The position numbers and the translations under genes were made by a program. Below are positions 1 through 9,440 of a stretch of 64,000 nt of DNA, piece after piece. Within the stretch, counting starts at the first letter, position 1. Each line of letters opens with the position of its first letter. The DNA comes from Acidimicrobiales bacterium (GTDB lineage: Bacteria; Actinomycetota; Acidimicrobiia; Acidimicrobiales; MedAcidi-G1), in assembly GCA_022449565.1 (NCBI GenBank), contig JAKUSA010000010.1, positions 3-64,002 on the forward strand. Reading direction: 5' to 3'. Under the pieces are notes generated by a model. It worked only from the letters and a program-made list of their open reading frames with translations. It had not been told where the DNA came from and did not search any database.

Positions 1-96
1 GCCGACCACTACGACTGTGGCGCCGACCACTACGACTGTGGCGCCGACCACTACGACTGTGGCGCCGACCACTACGACTGTGGCGCCGACCACTAC
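1..96. repeat. 21-bp perfect tandem repeat, unit gccgaccactacgactgtggc, x4 plus a partial copy
   Basis: Identical copies at 1-21, 22-42, 43-63 and 64-84, with a partial copy at 85-96. The repeat is in frame, encodes APTTTTV heptads, and may continue upstream of the window. Confidence 0.95.
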
Positions 97-814
97 CGCA
101 GCCTTGTGCTGGTCGTGCGCCTACGAGGAGGCGAGCACTACGACCGTGGCGTCGACCACTACCGCAGCCTTGTGCTGGTCGTGCGCCTACGAGGAGGCGA
201 GCACGACCAGCTCCGAGGCGAGCACAACAACCCTTGTACCCGACGAGACCAGCAACGTCGACTCGAAAGACCCCTCGGGAACCTGGAGCGTTGACACCAC
301 CATCGGTGAGTTCGGCATCGACGAGGCTTCGGGCACCTTCGTAGGCTTCCGAGTGAAGGAGGTACTGGGCCAGGGGATCGGTAGCGCGACCGCAGTGGGC
401 CGCACGCCGTTGGTGTCGGGCAGCGCCGAGATCGACGGTACGACCCTGGTGGGCGCCGAGATAGTGGCCGATCTCACCGGACTCCGAACCGACCGGCCTA
501 TGCGCGACTCCCGGGTCCAAGATGCGCTCAATACCGGTGCCCACCCCGAAGCCACCTTTGTGCTTTCCGGGCCGGTTGACCTGGGTGAGGGCCGCCAAGT
601 CCAGGTACCCGCACCGGGATCGCTCACCATCAACGGTGTGACCAACACCGTGACGGTGGACCTGGCTGCCGAACTGGTCGGCCGGATCCTGGCTGTGGTT
701 GGGACGATCGATGTGGTGTTTGCCGACTACGACGTCGAGGCCCCAACCGCGCCAGTCGTCGTCTCCGTGGAGGATCACGGGATTGTCGAGGTCCAACTGT
801 TCCTCACCCGCTGA
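2..814 (+). CDS. YceI-like domain protein (5'-partial) with repetitive Thr/Pro-rich N-terminal region
   Basis: The frame is open from the window edge (same frame as ORF 17..814). The C-terminal ~170 aa (TWSVDTTIGEF...FVGFRVKE...TINGVTNTVTVDL...VQLFLTR) fit the YceI-like beta-barrel pattern. The N-terminus is APTTTTV heptads plus two CWSC-containing units. Confidence 0.7.
   Translation, partial: PTTTTVAPTTTTVAPTTTTVAPTTTTVAPTTTAALCWSCAYEEASTTTVASTTTAALCWSCAYEEASTTSSEASTTTLVPDETSNVDSKDPSGTWSVDTTIGEFGIDEASGTFVGFRVKEVLGQGIGSATAVGRTPLVSGSAEIDGTTLVGAEIVADLTGLRTDRPMRDSRVQDALNTGAHPEATFVLSGPVDLGEGRQVQVPAPGSLTINGVTNTVTVDLAAELVGRILAVVGTIDVVFADYDVEAPTAPVVVSVEDHGIVEVQLFLTR
88..204. repeat. 66-bp tandem duplication (about 1.8 copies)
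   Basis: Bases 88-138 are identical to 154-204. Each copy encodes TTTAALCWSCAYEEAS (22-aa period). Confidence 0.95.
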
Positions 815-925
815 TCAGCTCTCGAGCAACGTCTTGACCACCGTTTGCCGTACTGCCCCAATCCGCGGGACAATCGTTGGGTGGTGCGCGGTCGAACGGC
901 CGGGCGACCCGATAGAGGAGTTCCG

Positions 926-1171
926 ATGAGTGCCGACCAGTCCGAGCGGTTGATCCAGGCGATCGACAGCCTTGAGGCGCTGGCTCGCGTCTGCACACCG
1001 GCCGAGGCCGCCCGCGAGTTTGACTCTGCGGACCTCCAGACCTTCTGGCGGGAGTGGCCACATGCCAGTGTGTGGGCTGGGAACCTCTGGCGCGAACTCA
1101 ACAAAGACCTTGAACAGCCGGCCATCGAACGTCAAGACCGAGACCTTGACGAGGTCGGGGGATCTGGCTGA
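926..1171 (+). CDS. hypothetical small protein (81 aa, Trp-rich)
   Basis: ATG at 926 is preceded by agaggag 5 nt upstream. The stop overlaps the next start (cTGATGg at 1169-1173). I recognised no domain. Confidence 0.5.
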   Translation: MSADQSERLIQAIDSLEALARVCTPAEAAREFDSADLQTFWREWPHASVWAGNLWRELNKDLEQPAIERQDRDLDEVGGSG

Positions 1172-1548
1172 TGGTCGCCGTATCCGAGGTGATGACTGGT
1201 GAGGTGGTCACGCTGGGTCCCGACTCCACAATCAGCGAGGCGGCCGGAGTCATGGTAAGTGGCGGCTTCGGTTCTGTAGTCGTGGTCTTGGGCAGGATGC
1301 TGTTGGGCATCCTCACCGAACGGGATGTCCTCCGGGCCGCAGCAGAGGCTCCGGACCTGTCGGCCGTGTCAGTGGAGCAGTGGATGACCCCCGATCCCGA
1401 CACCGCAGAACCTGATTTGGACACCGAAGAGGCGGCTGCCGAGATGCTCAGTCGCGGCTACCGGCACCTCCCCATTGTTGCCGACGGCGAGTTGGTGGGC
1501 ATGGTGAGTCTGCGCGACGTCCTCAGCGCCCGTATTGGCCGCCGCTGA
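1171..1548 (+). CDS. CBS domain pair protein
   Basis: Two CBS-like halves: VMTGEVVTLGPDSTISEAAGVM...GILTERDVLRA and WMTPDPDTAEPDLDTEEAAAEM...HLPIVADGELVGMVSLRDVL. Confidence 0.85.
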   Translation: MVAVSEVMTGEVVTLGPDSTISEAAGVMVSGGFGSVVVVLGRMLLGILTERDVLRAAAEAPDLSAVSVEQWMTPDPDTAEPDLDTEEAAAEMLSRGYRHLPIVADGELVGMVSLRDVLSARIGRR

Positions 1549-1604
1549 CCGGTCCCGGCCCAAACGAGTGGTGAAGTCGGTCTCGGACCGGGTGGGGCCC
1601 TGAG

Positions 1605-2276
1605 GTGAACGAGGAACTCCAGGCTCGGGCCCAGGCCGTTGCTTCGAGCCCGGTGGCTTCGGTGGTCTACCGCCTGACCCGAGTGTTCATCCGGGTAGTC
1701 CTCTGGTCCTACTTTCGGCTCGGCGTCTCAGGTCGTGAACACCTGGCTGGTGACGCCGCATTGATCATCGCTCCGGTCCACCGGTCCAATCTTGACGCCC
1801 TCCTCTTGGCGCCCCTGACCCGGCGACGTTTTCGATCGCTGGCCAAGGAGAGCCTGTTCCAGGTGCGCCCCCTCGCCTGGTTCATGGCTGCTTTGGGTGC
1901 GTTCCCGGTCCGTCGCGGCAGTGCCGACCGGGAGTCGTTGCGCGCAGCTCGTCTCCTGCTCGACGAAGGAGCCACCCTCCTGGTCTTCCCGGAGGGAGGC
2001 CGCCAGCGGGGTGACGAGATAGGGGAACTCTTCGACGGTGCGGCCTACCTGGCCGCCAGAACCGGTGCGCCGGTGGTCCCGGTGGGTATCGCTGGTACCG
2101 AGGAAGCCATGACCCAGGGAGTCCGCCTGCCCCGGCCCTGTCGGGTCCAGGTGGTTGTCGGACCTGCCCTACCGCCCCCGGACCCGTCTGCCAAGCGCAG
2201 CGCGCTGCGGGCCTGGACGGCTGATCTGTTGGCTAACTTGCAGTCTGCCCAGCAGGCGGCCCGGTCCCGTCTCTAA
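1605..2276 (+). CDS. plsC: 1-acyl-sn-glycerol-3-phosphate acyltransferase family protein
   Basis: HX4D motif (HRSNLD) and FPEGGR motif, both typical of PlsC-type acyltransferases. Confidence 0.85.
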   Translation: MNEELQARAQAVASSPVASVVYRLTRVFIRVVLWSYFRLGVSGREHLAGDAALIIAPVHRSNLDALLLAPLTRRRFRSLAKESLFQVRPLAWFMAALGAFPVRRGSADRESLRAARLLLDEGATLLVFPEGGRQRGDEIGELFDGAAYLAARTGAPVVPVGIAGTEEAMTQGVRLPRPCRVQVVVGPALPPPDPSAKRSALRAWTADLLANLQSAQQAARSRL

Positions 2277-2286
2277 TCGATAGCAG

Positions 2287-3222
2287 TTGACCGGTTCCCC
2301 AGGAGCCGGCTGCGGGTGGCGCTACGGGTCGTGGGATGGTGGGTTGGTGGAACGCCGGTTGGTGGTCGGTCGGAGTGTCGCGTTAGGAGCCACAGCCCTG
2401 CTGGCTGTTGGGCCAAGCATCGTGAAGATTTCCGACTTGCCGGAAGCCCGGTTTGTCCTCTGGCGCCTGGTGCTGGCCGCCGTGTTCTACGGCCTCATTT
2501 CAATGGCCTCGGGGGACCGGCCTAGCCGCTCCGAGCTGCGGCACGCTCTGTGGGGCGGGCTCGTCTTTGCCGTGAACCTGGTCTTCTTCGTTGCGGCCAT
2601 GCGGCGGACTAGTGCGGCCAACGCCGTGGTAATCGGGGCCCTCCAGCCCGTGGTGCTGCTGGGTCTGGCCGGACCGTTGTTCGGCGAACGACCCAGGCGG
2701 GCACTGTACGGCTGGTCGTTGCTGGCCATCGGTGGCGTAGCGGTGGCCATGTACGGCTCTGAGGGTGATGGGGTGGCGACCCGGTTCGGCGACCTCCTGG
2801 CCCTGGTGGGCATGCTGCTCTTCTGCCTCTACTACGTGGTCAGCAAGCGGGCCCGGACCGAGGTGGGGTCCGTGTCATACCAACTGGGCTTGACCGTAGT
2901 GGCTGCCCTGGTGATGGTGCCCGTGGCGTTGGTCTCTGGGCACGGGGTCGCCCCGCCGAGCGGAGGGGACTGGTGGCCGGTGGCCCTCATGGCCCTGATC
3001 CCGGGCACCGGACATCTCCTCATCAACTATGCCCACGCCCACGTGCCGTTGGCCCTCATGGGTCTGATCAACTTGTTGTTCGTGGCTCTCGTGCCGTTCT
3101 ACGCTTGGTGGCTGGTCGGCGAGACACTCGGAGGTCTGCAGGCGGTTGGCGTGGGACTAGTCATCGCCACCCTGGCCATGGTGGTGGCCCGGCCCGTCGA
3201 ACAGTCGGTTCCCACCGGCTGA
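2287..3222 (+). CDS. EamA/DMT family transporter
   Basis: About 10 hydrophobic helices with the duplicated EamA-like architecture. The start is uncertain (TTG 2287 or TTG/GTG 2344/2347). Confidence 0.75.
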   Translation: MTGSPGAGCGWRYGSWDGGLVERRLVVGRSVALGATALLAVGPSIVKISDLPEARFVLWRLVLAAVFYGLISMASGDRPSRSELRHALWGGLVFAVNLVFFVAAMRRTSAANAVVIGALQPVVLLGLAGPLFGERPRRALYGWSLLAIGGVAVAMYGSEGDGVATRFGDLLALVGMLLFCLYYVVSKRARTEVGSVSYQLGLTVVAALVMVPVALVSGHGVAPPSGGDWWPVALMALIPGTGHLLINYAHAHVPLALMGLINLLFVALVPFYAWWLVGETLGGLQAVGVGLVIATLAMVVARPVEQSVPTG

Positions 3223-3234
3223 CCGGATGGCTGC

Positions 3235-3657
3235 TCAGACATCAACGCCGGTCAGGACCCCCTCGACAAAGGCAGGTACCTCTTCCTCGAGGTGTCGGCG
3301 GTGTAGTGAACGGGCGTCCAGCACCCGGGCACCCCGCTCGACCAGAACCGCCGCCAACTTGTCGGCCGCATCACCCGGGTTAACGGCATGGGTCATGAAT
3401 GCCGCCACCTGTTTGTCCCACAGCGGTGGAATCCGTCGGACCCTGGCCAAGTCGCCGGGTCGGTGGCCGAACAGGATCAGCCCGTCCACCCAGGTACCGA
3501 CGAACACCAGGTCGGCCTGGGCGAGTTCCTTGTAGTCCAGGTTGGACGCCGACCGGACGACAGCCGAATTGCCGGCAGCCTCGACCGCGCCGCCGATCAA
3601 CTCGGCGGCCCGACGGGTGTTCCCGGTGCGACTCTGATGGATGACTACGACCTTCAC
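3235..3657 (-). CDS. flavodoxin family protein
   Basis: N-terminus VKVVVIHQSRTGNTRRAAELI (flavodoxin FMN-phosphate loop). I chose the GTG start at 3657 because the longer ORF to 3831 would overlap the divergent SDR gene. Confidence 0.7.
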   Translation of the reverse strand: MKVVVIHQSRTGNTRRAAELIGGAVEAAGNSAVVRSASNLDYKELAQADLVFVGTWVDGLILFGHRPGDLARVRRIPPLWDKQVAAFMTHAVNPGDAADKLAAVLVERGARVLDARSLHRRHLEEEVPAFVEGVLTGVDV

Positions 3658-3766
3658 CGGCCTGGACCTCCGTGGCGGCCCATGGCTACCACCGGCCGAC
3701 CGTCGATACACGGACTGATCGGATCGCGGTCTAGGTTCGGGCCCTGACCGAAGAGGAGGACCGACA

Positions 3767-4537
3767 ATGGGACGACTGGACGACAGGGTCGCCTGTATAA
3801 CCGGGGCCGGGTCGGGCATTGGTCGGGCCACCGCCGAGTTGTTCGCCGCCGAGGGGGCAATCGTCGTAGCGCAGGACCTTGACTCGTCGACGGCCGAAGA
3901 GACGGTTGCCGGCCTAGGTGGTGGTCACCACGTGGCGGTCGGGGGTGACGTTTCCGATGAGGAGGCTATGGCCTCGGCCTTCGCCGCGATACTGACTGAC
4001 TTCGGACGCCTGGATGTGCTCGTCAACAACGCCGGCGTGTTCCGGCTACCGGGGGACGGGTTCGACCGAGTACTGGCCGGCGAGGGTCCCCAGATTTGTC
4101 ACATGGGCTACGAGCCGTTCATGCAGATGCTGGCCATTCACGTCGGGGGCACCTTCTTGTGTACCAGGGCGGCTGTCCCGTTGATGCTCGACGGCGGCTC
4201 GGTGGTGAACCTGTCGAGCATCGCCGGGATCGCCGGATGGGGTCCCGCCCACTACGCGGCGGCTAAGGGGGCAATCCTGGGACTGACCCGCTCGCTAGCC
4301 CGAGAGCTTGGTCCCCACCGGATAAGGGTCAACGCTGTTGCACCGGGTGTCATTAACACGCCTATGGTCGATGAACTTGACTCAGCGATGATCGACCCGT
4401 TGGTCAGCATGACTCCGATGGGCCGCATCGGCGAGGCGGCCGAGATCGCCTCCACCGTGCTGTTCCTGGCCGGTAACGACGGCGCATTTGTGACCGGCCA
4501 GTGGATCTCCCCCAACGGCGGGCTCATCACCTGCTGA
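3767..4537 (+). CDS. SDR family oxidoreductase
   Basis: TGAGSGIGRA cofactor motif, NNAG, and YAAAKGA (YxxxK) catalytic motif. Confidence 0.9.
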   Translation: MGRLDDRVACITGAGSGIGRATAELFAAEGAIVVAQDLDSSTAEETVAGLGGGHHVAVGGDVSDEEAMASAFAAILTDFGRLDVLVNNAGVFRLPGDGFDRVLAGEGPQICHMGYEPFMQMLAIHVGGTFLCTRAAVPLMLDGGSVVNLSSIAGIAGWGPAHYAAAKGAILGLTRSLARELGPHRIRVNAVAPGVINTPMVDELDSAMIDPLVSMTPMGRIGEAAEIASTVLFLAGNDGAFVTGQWISPNGGLITC

Positions 4538-4563
4538 CCGGCACCTCGCGGTCCCGGTGGGTC

Positions 4564-5472
4564 TCAGCTGGCTCGGCCGACGAGATCCACCAGGATCCGG
4601 ACCAGTTCCCCGGGTTGGTCCTCCTGGACGAAGTGGCCGGCGCCCTCCACGGTGGTGTGGGGTTGGTCGGCGGCACCCGGCACCCGTAACCGAAAGGCCC
4701 GGTCGCCTCCTCGGCTGACCGGGTCTTGGTCGCTGAACGCGCACACCACAGGCCGGTCGTAGGCGGATAGCACCTCCCAGGCCGCCAGGTTGGACGGAAC
4801 AGCCGGGTCGTCGGCCGATGTGGGCACCAGCGTCGGCCAGATCCGTGCTCCCTCTTTGAATGTGTCATCGGGGAACGGCGCGTCGTAGGCGTCAATGACG
4901 TCGGGTGGCAGCTCGGAGAGGCACCCGCCGGTGATGATGCGGCCTATCGGGAACTCCTCGGCGGTCTGCGAGAACCGCTGCCAGGCCATGAAGGCATCGT
5001 TGGGTTTCCCGCTCCCGTCGGGCAGCCCGGTGTTGGAAACGACCAGTCCGGCGAACCGTTCGGGGTCGGTGGCCACTAGTCGCAGGCCGATGAGGCCTCC
5101 CCAGTCCTGTCCGAAGAAGAAAAGACGCTCGGTTCCGGTGGCATCCAGCCACCCCTGCATCCAGTCGACGTGGCGCTGGTAGCTGTAGTCGCCGCGGTCG
5201 GCCGGCTTGTCGGAGCGGCCGAAACCGACCTGATCGGGGACAAGTGACCGGATGCCCTCCTCGGCCAGGGCGGGCATCATCTTCCGGTACAGGTAACCCC
5301 AGGTTGGTTCACCATGTAGCAGCAGGACGGTCGGGCCATCGGCCGGTCCGTCTTCAGCGTGGTGGACCCTCAGCGTCCCACCGTCCCCGTCGGGGACCTC
5401 GGTGTAGTGGGGTTCGTAGGGCCAGTCGGGGAGCCCCGAGAACCGGTGGTCGGGGGTGCGGAGGACGTCCAT
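4564..5472 (-). CDS. haloalkane dehalogenase, HLD-I-like (DhlA/DhmA type)
   Basis: LLLHGEPTWGYLYRKM...GFGRSDKP, nucleophile elbow GQDWGG, FSDQDPV (acid) and GAGHFVQEDQPGEL (His). Confidence 0.8.
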   Translation of the reverse strand: MDVLRTPDHRFSGLPDWPYEPHYTEVPDGDGGTLRVHHAEDGPADGPTVLLLHGEPTWGYLYRKMMPALAEEGIRSLVPDQVGFGRSDKPADRGDYSYQRHVDWMQGWLDATGTERLFFFGQDWGGLIGLRLVATDPERFAGLVVSNTGLPDGSGKPNDAFMAWQRFSQTAEEFPIGRIITGGCLSELPPDVIDAYDAPFPDDTFKEGARIWPTLVPTSADDPAVPSNLAAWEVLSAYDRPVVCAFSDQDPVSRGGDRAFRLRVPGAADQPHTTVEGAGHFVQEDQPGELVRILVDLVGRAS

Positions 5473-5481
5473 GGGACGAAC

Positions 5482-6330
5482 CTAGAGGCTTGGCCGGGGG
5501 CGCGCTCCTTCGGCCAGCAGGTGGTCGAGAGCCTCACCGACCCCGTGCGCGTCGTCGCAGGACTCGGCGGCCAGGGCACCCAGCCAGGTCAGGCTCACGA
5601 AGCCCGCCATGACGGCGCCGCCATCCGATCCTGCCGGTAACTCCGCCGGGTCACCCCAGGACATCTTCACCCGGAACGAGTCCTCGTGGCCGGGCTTGGG
5701 TTCGAGTCTGGCACTGGCCAAGGTACGGGGCGGGGGGCCACCGACCTGGGTGAATCGCCATCCCTTCACTTCCTCGACCGGCAGGTTGGGCACGTTGATG
5801 TTGAGCACCGTCGGGGTGGGCGGCAGATCGGCTATCAGGGCGGCAACCGCTGTATGGGCCACCCCAGCGGCGGTTCCCCACAGTTGCCGGTCAAGCACAT
5901 CGTCGATGCCCTGGCCCTCCACCCCCCACTCGCTGACGGCCTGGCTGACCGCCACCCCGCTGATCCCTCCGTTACGGGCCGTCAGGGCGGCGCCGACCGT
6001 CCCCGAGTGGTACACCGACCGCCCCACATTGCTGCCCGGATTGATTCCTGACACGACCAGGTCGAACGGTTCACCGAACATACGCAGGTTGGCGTACATG
6101 ACGCACAGGGCCGGCGGTCCACTGACCGCCCAGGCGGTTTCGACGCCTTCGACCCGGGCCCGATGGACCTCGGGTCGGATCAGGTGCACCGGGCCGAGCG
6201 CGGCACCGAAACCCGAGTACTCCTGATCGGGAGCGACCACGGTGACCTCGCCGAGGCCCACCATGGTCCGAGCGAGTTCGTGCAGGCCCACTGAGTCGAT
6301 GCCATCGTCGTTGGTGACCAGGATGCGCAT
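5482..6330 (-). CDS. surE: 5'/3'-nucleotidase SurE
   Basis: MRILVTNDDGIDSVGL N-terminus and GINPGSN motif. The start is taken at the ATG giving MRILV. Confidence 0.9.
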   Translation of the reverse strand: MRILVTNDDGIDSVGLHELARTMVGLGEVTVVAPDQEYSGFGAALGPVHLIRPEVHRARVEGVETAWAVSGPPALCVMYANLRMFGEPFDLVVSGINPGSNVGRSVYHSGTVGAALTARNGGISGVAVSQAVSEWGVEGQGIDDVLDRQLWGTAAGVAHTAVAALIADLPPTPTVLNINVPNLPVEEVKGWRFTQVGGPPPRTLASARLEPKPGHEDSFRVKMSWGDPAELPAGSDGGAVMAGFVSLTWLGALAAESCDDAHGVGEALDHLLAEGARPRPSL

Positions 6331-6421
6331 CGCGACGACGGTATCGGCAGGAGCCGGCACCGGTGACGACGGCCGACTGGTGATGCCTCGATGATGGCCG
6401 CCAGCCGTGCCCGTCGGCCGG

Positions 6422-8326
6422 CTAGGAGCGCATTTCCCGGTCGAGGTCCTCCCAGGTGGCCATCGACTCAGCGGCCCGGTCCTTGGCCGCTTCGTGTTCG
6501 GCGACCACGGATGCTGCGGTTTCGGGATCCCGGTAGAGGTCCGGGTCCCCGAGACGGGTTTGGAGATCAGCCAGTTCGGCCTCGGCTTCCTCCCAGTCCT
6601 TCTCGGCTCGGGTTAAGCGTCGTCGCAGTTCCCGGTCCGGGCCGGTCTTCCCGTTCTTTTTGGGCCCGCGCGACGACTTCGCCTGGGTGTCCCGTCCGTC
6701 ACCGTCGTACCGGATCGGAGGTTGGGCCGCCACCGGGTAGAGGAGGTGCTCGGGAACCCCGACGTGCCAACTGGCTCGACCGTCGCGCACCTCGATGAGG
6801 TGGTCGGCCACTGATCGGATTAGGTGGCGGTCGTGGGTGATGAGTACCACAGTCCCTGGGTAGGCGGTCAGGGCGTCTTCGAGGATGTCGCAACTGGGCA
6901 GGTCCAAGTGGTTGGTCGGCTCATCCAAGACCAGCAGGTTCACCGGCACGGCTAGGGCCTTGGCCAGGGCTAGGCGGGTCTGCTCGCCGCCCGAGAGTTC
7001 ACCGACCCGCTGGTCCACGACGTCCCCCCGGAACCCGAACGAGGCCAGGTAGGTGCGCAGGTTCCGACCGGGAGGCTCAACGTCGGTCACCGTGCGGAGT
7101 TCGGACAGGACTGTCCGGTCGGGGTCGAGCACCTCGGCCTGGAGTTGGTCCACCGAGGCCAGGTCGACTCCGGTGCCCAGGCGCACCCGACCGGCCAGGG
7201 GTTCGAGTTCTCCGGTGATCAATCGAACCAGCGTGGTCTTGCCGGCACCGTTGGGTCCGACCAGCGCCACGTTCATTCCCCTCTCCACGGCGAACGAGAC
7301 GTCGCGGAGCACCGGACTTCCGTCGTATCCAGCGTCGACCCCTTCCAGTTCGGCGACCACCCGGGAGGAACGCCTCGGCGCCGGGAAGCCGAATCGGGCC
7401 GCCGTGTCAGCAGGTTCGTCGACGACGATCCGCTCCAGCCGCTCGAGGGCCTTGACCCGGCTCTGCACCTGCCGCGCCTTCGAGGCCTTGTAGCGGAACC
7501 GTTCCACAAACCGTTCGGTCCGGGCCGTTTCCCGGGCCTGGTGGGCCGCCATGGCTCGCTGATCGGCGAGGCGCTCCTCGCGGGCCACCACGAACTCGGC
7601 GAACCCACCCACGTATTCGGTTACCCGGCCGCCGGACAACTCCAGGACCCGGTTGGCCACCGCGTCGATGAAGTCCCGGTCGTGGCTTACGAACAGGAGC
7701 CCGGTCCGCCAGCCGGCCAGGTGGTCCTCCAACCAGGCCACGCTGTCCACGTCGAGGTGGTTGGTTGGCTCGTCGAGAACCAGCAGGTCCGGTGCGGCGA
7801 GCAGCAGACGGGCCAGGGCCACCCGCATCCGCCAACCACCGGATAGCTCGCCGAGAGGCCGCTGGTGATCGGTGGGGGCGAAACCGAGTCCCGCCAGGAT
7901 CCGGTGTGCCTCGGCCTCGGTGGCGTAGCCCCCGACCTGTTCGAACCGGGCCTGGGCCTCGCCGTACTCGGCTAGGAGACGGGCGCGTTTGGTCCCTTCA
8001 GTGCCGGAGAGCCGTCCGGCCAAGTCGACGATCCGCTCGGCCAGTCTTCCCGTTGTCTCGGCCCCTAGAAGGACCTCCTCGAGCACCTTGCAGTCGGAGG
8101 ACGGGGGAATTTCTTGAGGCAGGTAGCCGATCCTTACGCCCACGGGGCGGTGGACTTCGCCGCCGTCGGGATCCTGGAGGCCGACCAGGATCTCCAACAT
8201 GGTGGTCTTCCCGGTGCCGTTACCGCCGATGAGTGCCACGCGCCGTCCCGGTCCCAACTGGAGGGTGACGCCCCTGAACAGGATCCGGGTACCGATCGAC
8301 CGGGTCAGGCCGGACGCGCTCAACAC
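6422..8326 (-). CDS. ABC-F family ATPase (no transmembrane domain)
   Basis: Two ABC cassettes (GGNGTGKTT / LSGGWRMR and GPNGAGKTT / LSGGEQTR) with an inter-domain linker and a charged C-terminal coiled region. Confidence 0.9.
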   Translation of the reverse strand: MLSASGLTRSIGTRILFRGVTLQLGPGRRVALIGGNGTGKTTMLEILVGLQDPDGGEVHRPVGVRIGYLPQEIPPSSDCKVLEEVLLGAETTGRLAERIVDLAGRLSGTEGTKRARLLAEYGEAQARFEQVGGYATEAEAHRILAGLGFAPTDHQRPLGELSGGWRMRVALARLLLAAPDLLVLDEPTNHLDVDSVAWLEDHLAGWRTGLLFVSHDRDFIDAVANRVLELSGGRVTEYVGGFAEFVVAREERLADQRAMAAHQARETARTERFVERFRYKASKARQVQSRVKALERLERIVVDEPADTAARFGFPAPRRSSRVVAELEGVDAGYDGSPVLRDVSFAVERGMNVALVGPNGAGKTTLVRLITGELEPLAGRVRLGTGVDLASVDQLQAEVLDPDRTVLSELRTVTDVEPPGRNLRTYLASFGFRGDVVDQRVGELSGGEQTRLALAKALAVPVNLLVLDEPTNHLDLPSCDILEDALTAYPGTVVLITHDRHLIRSVADHLIEVRDGRASWHVGVPEHLLYPVAAQPPIRYDGDGRDTQAKSSRGPKKNGKTGPDRELRRRLTRAEKDWEEAEAELADLQTRLGDPDLYRDPETAASVVAEHEAAKDRAAESMATWEDLDREMRS

Positions 8327-8378
8327 GACAGCGAGGGTACCGGCAGGGTCAGGTCCGGCATTTCCGGACGGACTGCGT

Positions 8379-9314
8379 TTAGTTCTCGGGTGGGTTCCAC
8401 CGGAGAACAGCGGCCGCCGAGGTCATTCCGGCGCCGAAGCCTACGAGCAGCAAAAGATCGCCCGGGGCGACCCGCCCGGCGTCGAGGGCGTCGACTAGGG
8501 CCAGCGGGATGGAGGCGGCCGAGGTGTTGCCGGTGCGCTGGAGGACCAGGGCGGCCTTCTCCCGGGGGATACCCAGCCGCTTAAGGGCAGTGTCGATGAT
8601 CCGGATGTTGGCCTGGTGGGGTACAACCAGGGCGATGTCGTCGATTGACGTCCCGGCCCGTTCCATGGCGGTGGTAGCGGCCTTCTCCATGGCCAGTACT
8701 GCCTTGCGGAACACCTCCTGGCCGTGCATGACGATCTTGTCGTCGTGCTCGCAGTACAGGAGGTCGGCCGCCGAACCGTCCGACATCAGGTCCCAGCCGA
8801 GAAGGCTTGGTTGGGAGCCGTTGCGTTCGATTACCACCGCACCGGCGCCGTCCCCGAACAGGACGCAGGTGGTGCGGTCCTCCCAGTTGGTGAACCGGCT
8901 GAGCGCGTCGCTACCGATCAGAAGGACGCGCTCCATGCCGCCCTCCACGAACTGCATGGCGGTGACCAGCCCGTAGACGAACCCCGAGCAGGCGGCGTTG
9001 AGGTCCATGGCGCCACACGACAAGCCCAGGTTGTCCTGGACAACCGATGAACTGGCCGGGATCATCTGGTCGGATGTGGTGGTGGCTAGCAGTAGTAGGT
9101 CGACCTGGTTGGGCGATACCCCGGCCATAGCCAGGGCCGCCCGCCCGGCCACGGTGGACATCTCGGTCACGGTTCCGTCGACGTGACGGGACGAGATACC
9201 TGACCGTTCGGTGATCCACTCGTCGGAGGTGTCGACCATGCTGGCCAGGTCGGCGTTGGTGAGAACCTTCTCGGGAAGATCGACGGCCCACCCGGTGATC
9301 CGCCCGTACGGCAT
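8379..9314 (-). CDS. fabH: 3-oxoacyl-ACP synthase III (KAS III family)
   Basis: NAACSGFVYGL (active-site Cys), HQANIRI and GNTSAASIP. The start is taken at MPYGRITGW; the 5' extension of ORF 8379..9740 is Arg/Pro-rich and non-homologous. Confidence 0.85.
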   Translation of the reverse strand: MPYGRITGWAVDLPEKVLTNADLASMVDTSDEWITERSGISSRHVDGTVTEMSTVAGRAALAMAGVSPNQVDLLLLATTTSDQMIPASSSVVQDNLGLSCGAMDLNAACSGFVYGLVTAMQFVEGGMERVLLIGSDALSRFTNWEDRTTCVLFGDGAGAVVIERNGSQPSLLGWDLMSDGSAADLLYCEHDDKIVMHGQEVFRKAVLAMEKAATTAMERAGTSIDDIALVVPHQANIRIIDTALKRLGIPREKAALVLQRTGNTSAASIPLALVDALDAGRVAPGDLLLLVGFGAGMTSAAAVLRWNPPEN

Positions 9315-9440
9315 GCGGGTTGGTCCTTCCGGGGTCGATGTCGGGGTTGGCCGGCCAGCCGACCCCCGCAGCAACCGTACCGGTTCGGGCCTGACAGGCC
9401 GTGTCCCCCTCGGCCGGGGCCGGGTTAGGGTCGCCCGGCC

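Noticed and set aside
1-96. The 21-bp tandem repeat as a possible CRISPR-like or satellite array.
   Set aside because: The units are contiguous with no spacers, in frame, and translated as a Thr-rich linker of a YceI-like protein. No cas genes are present.
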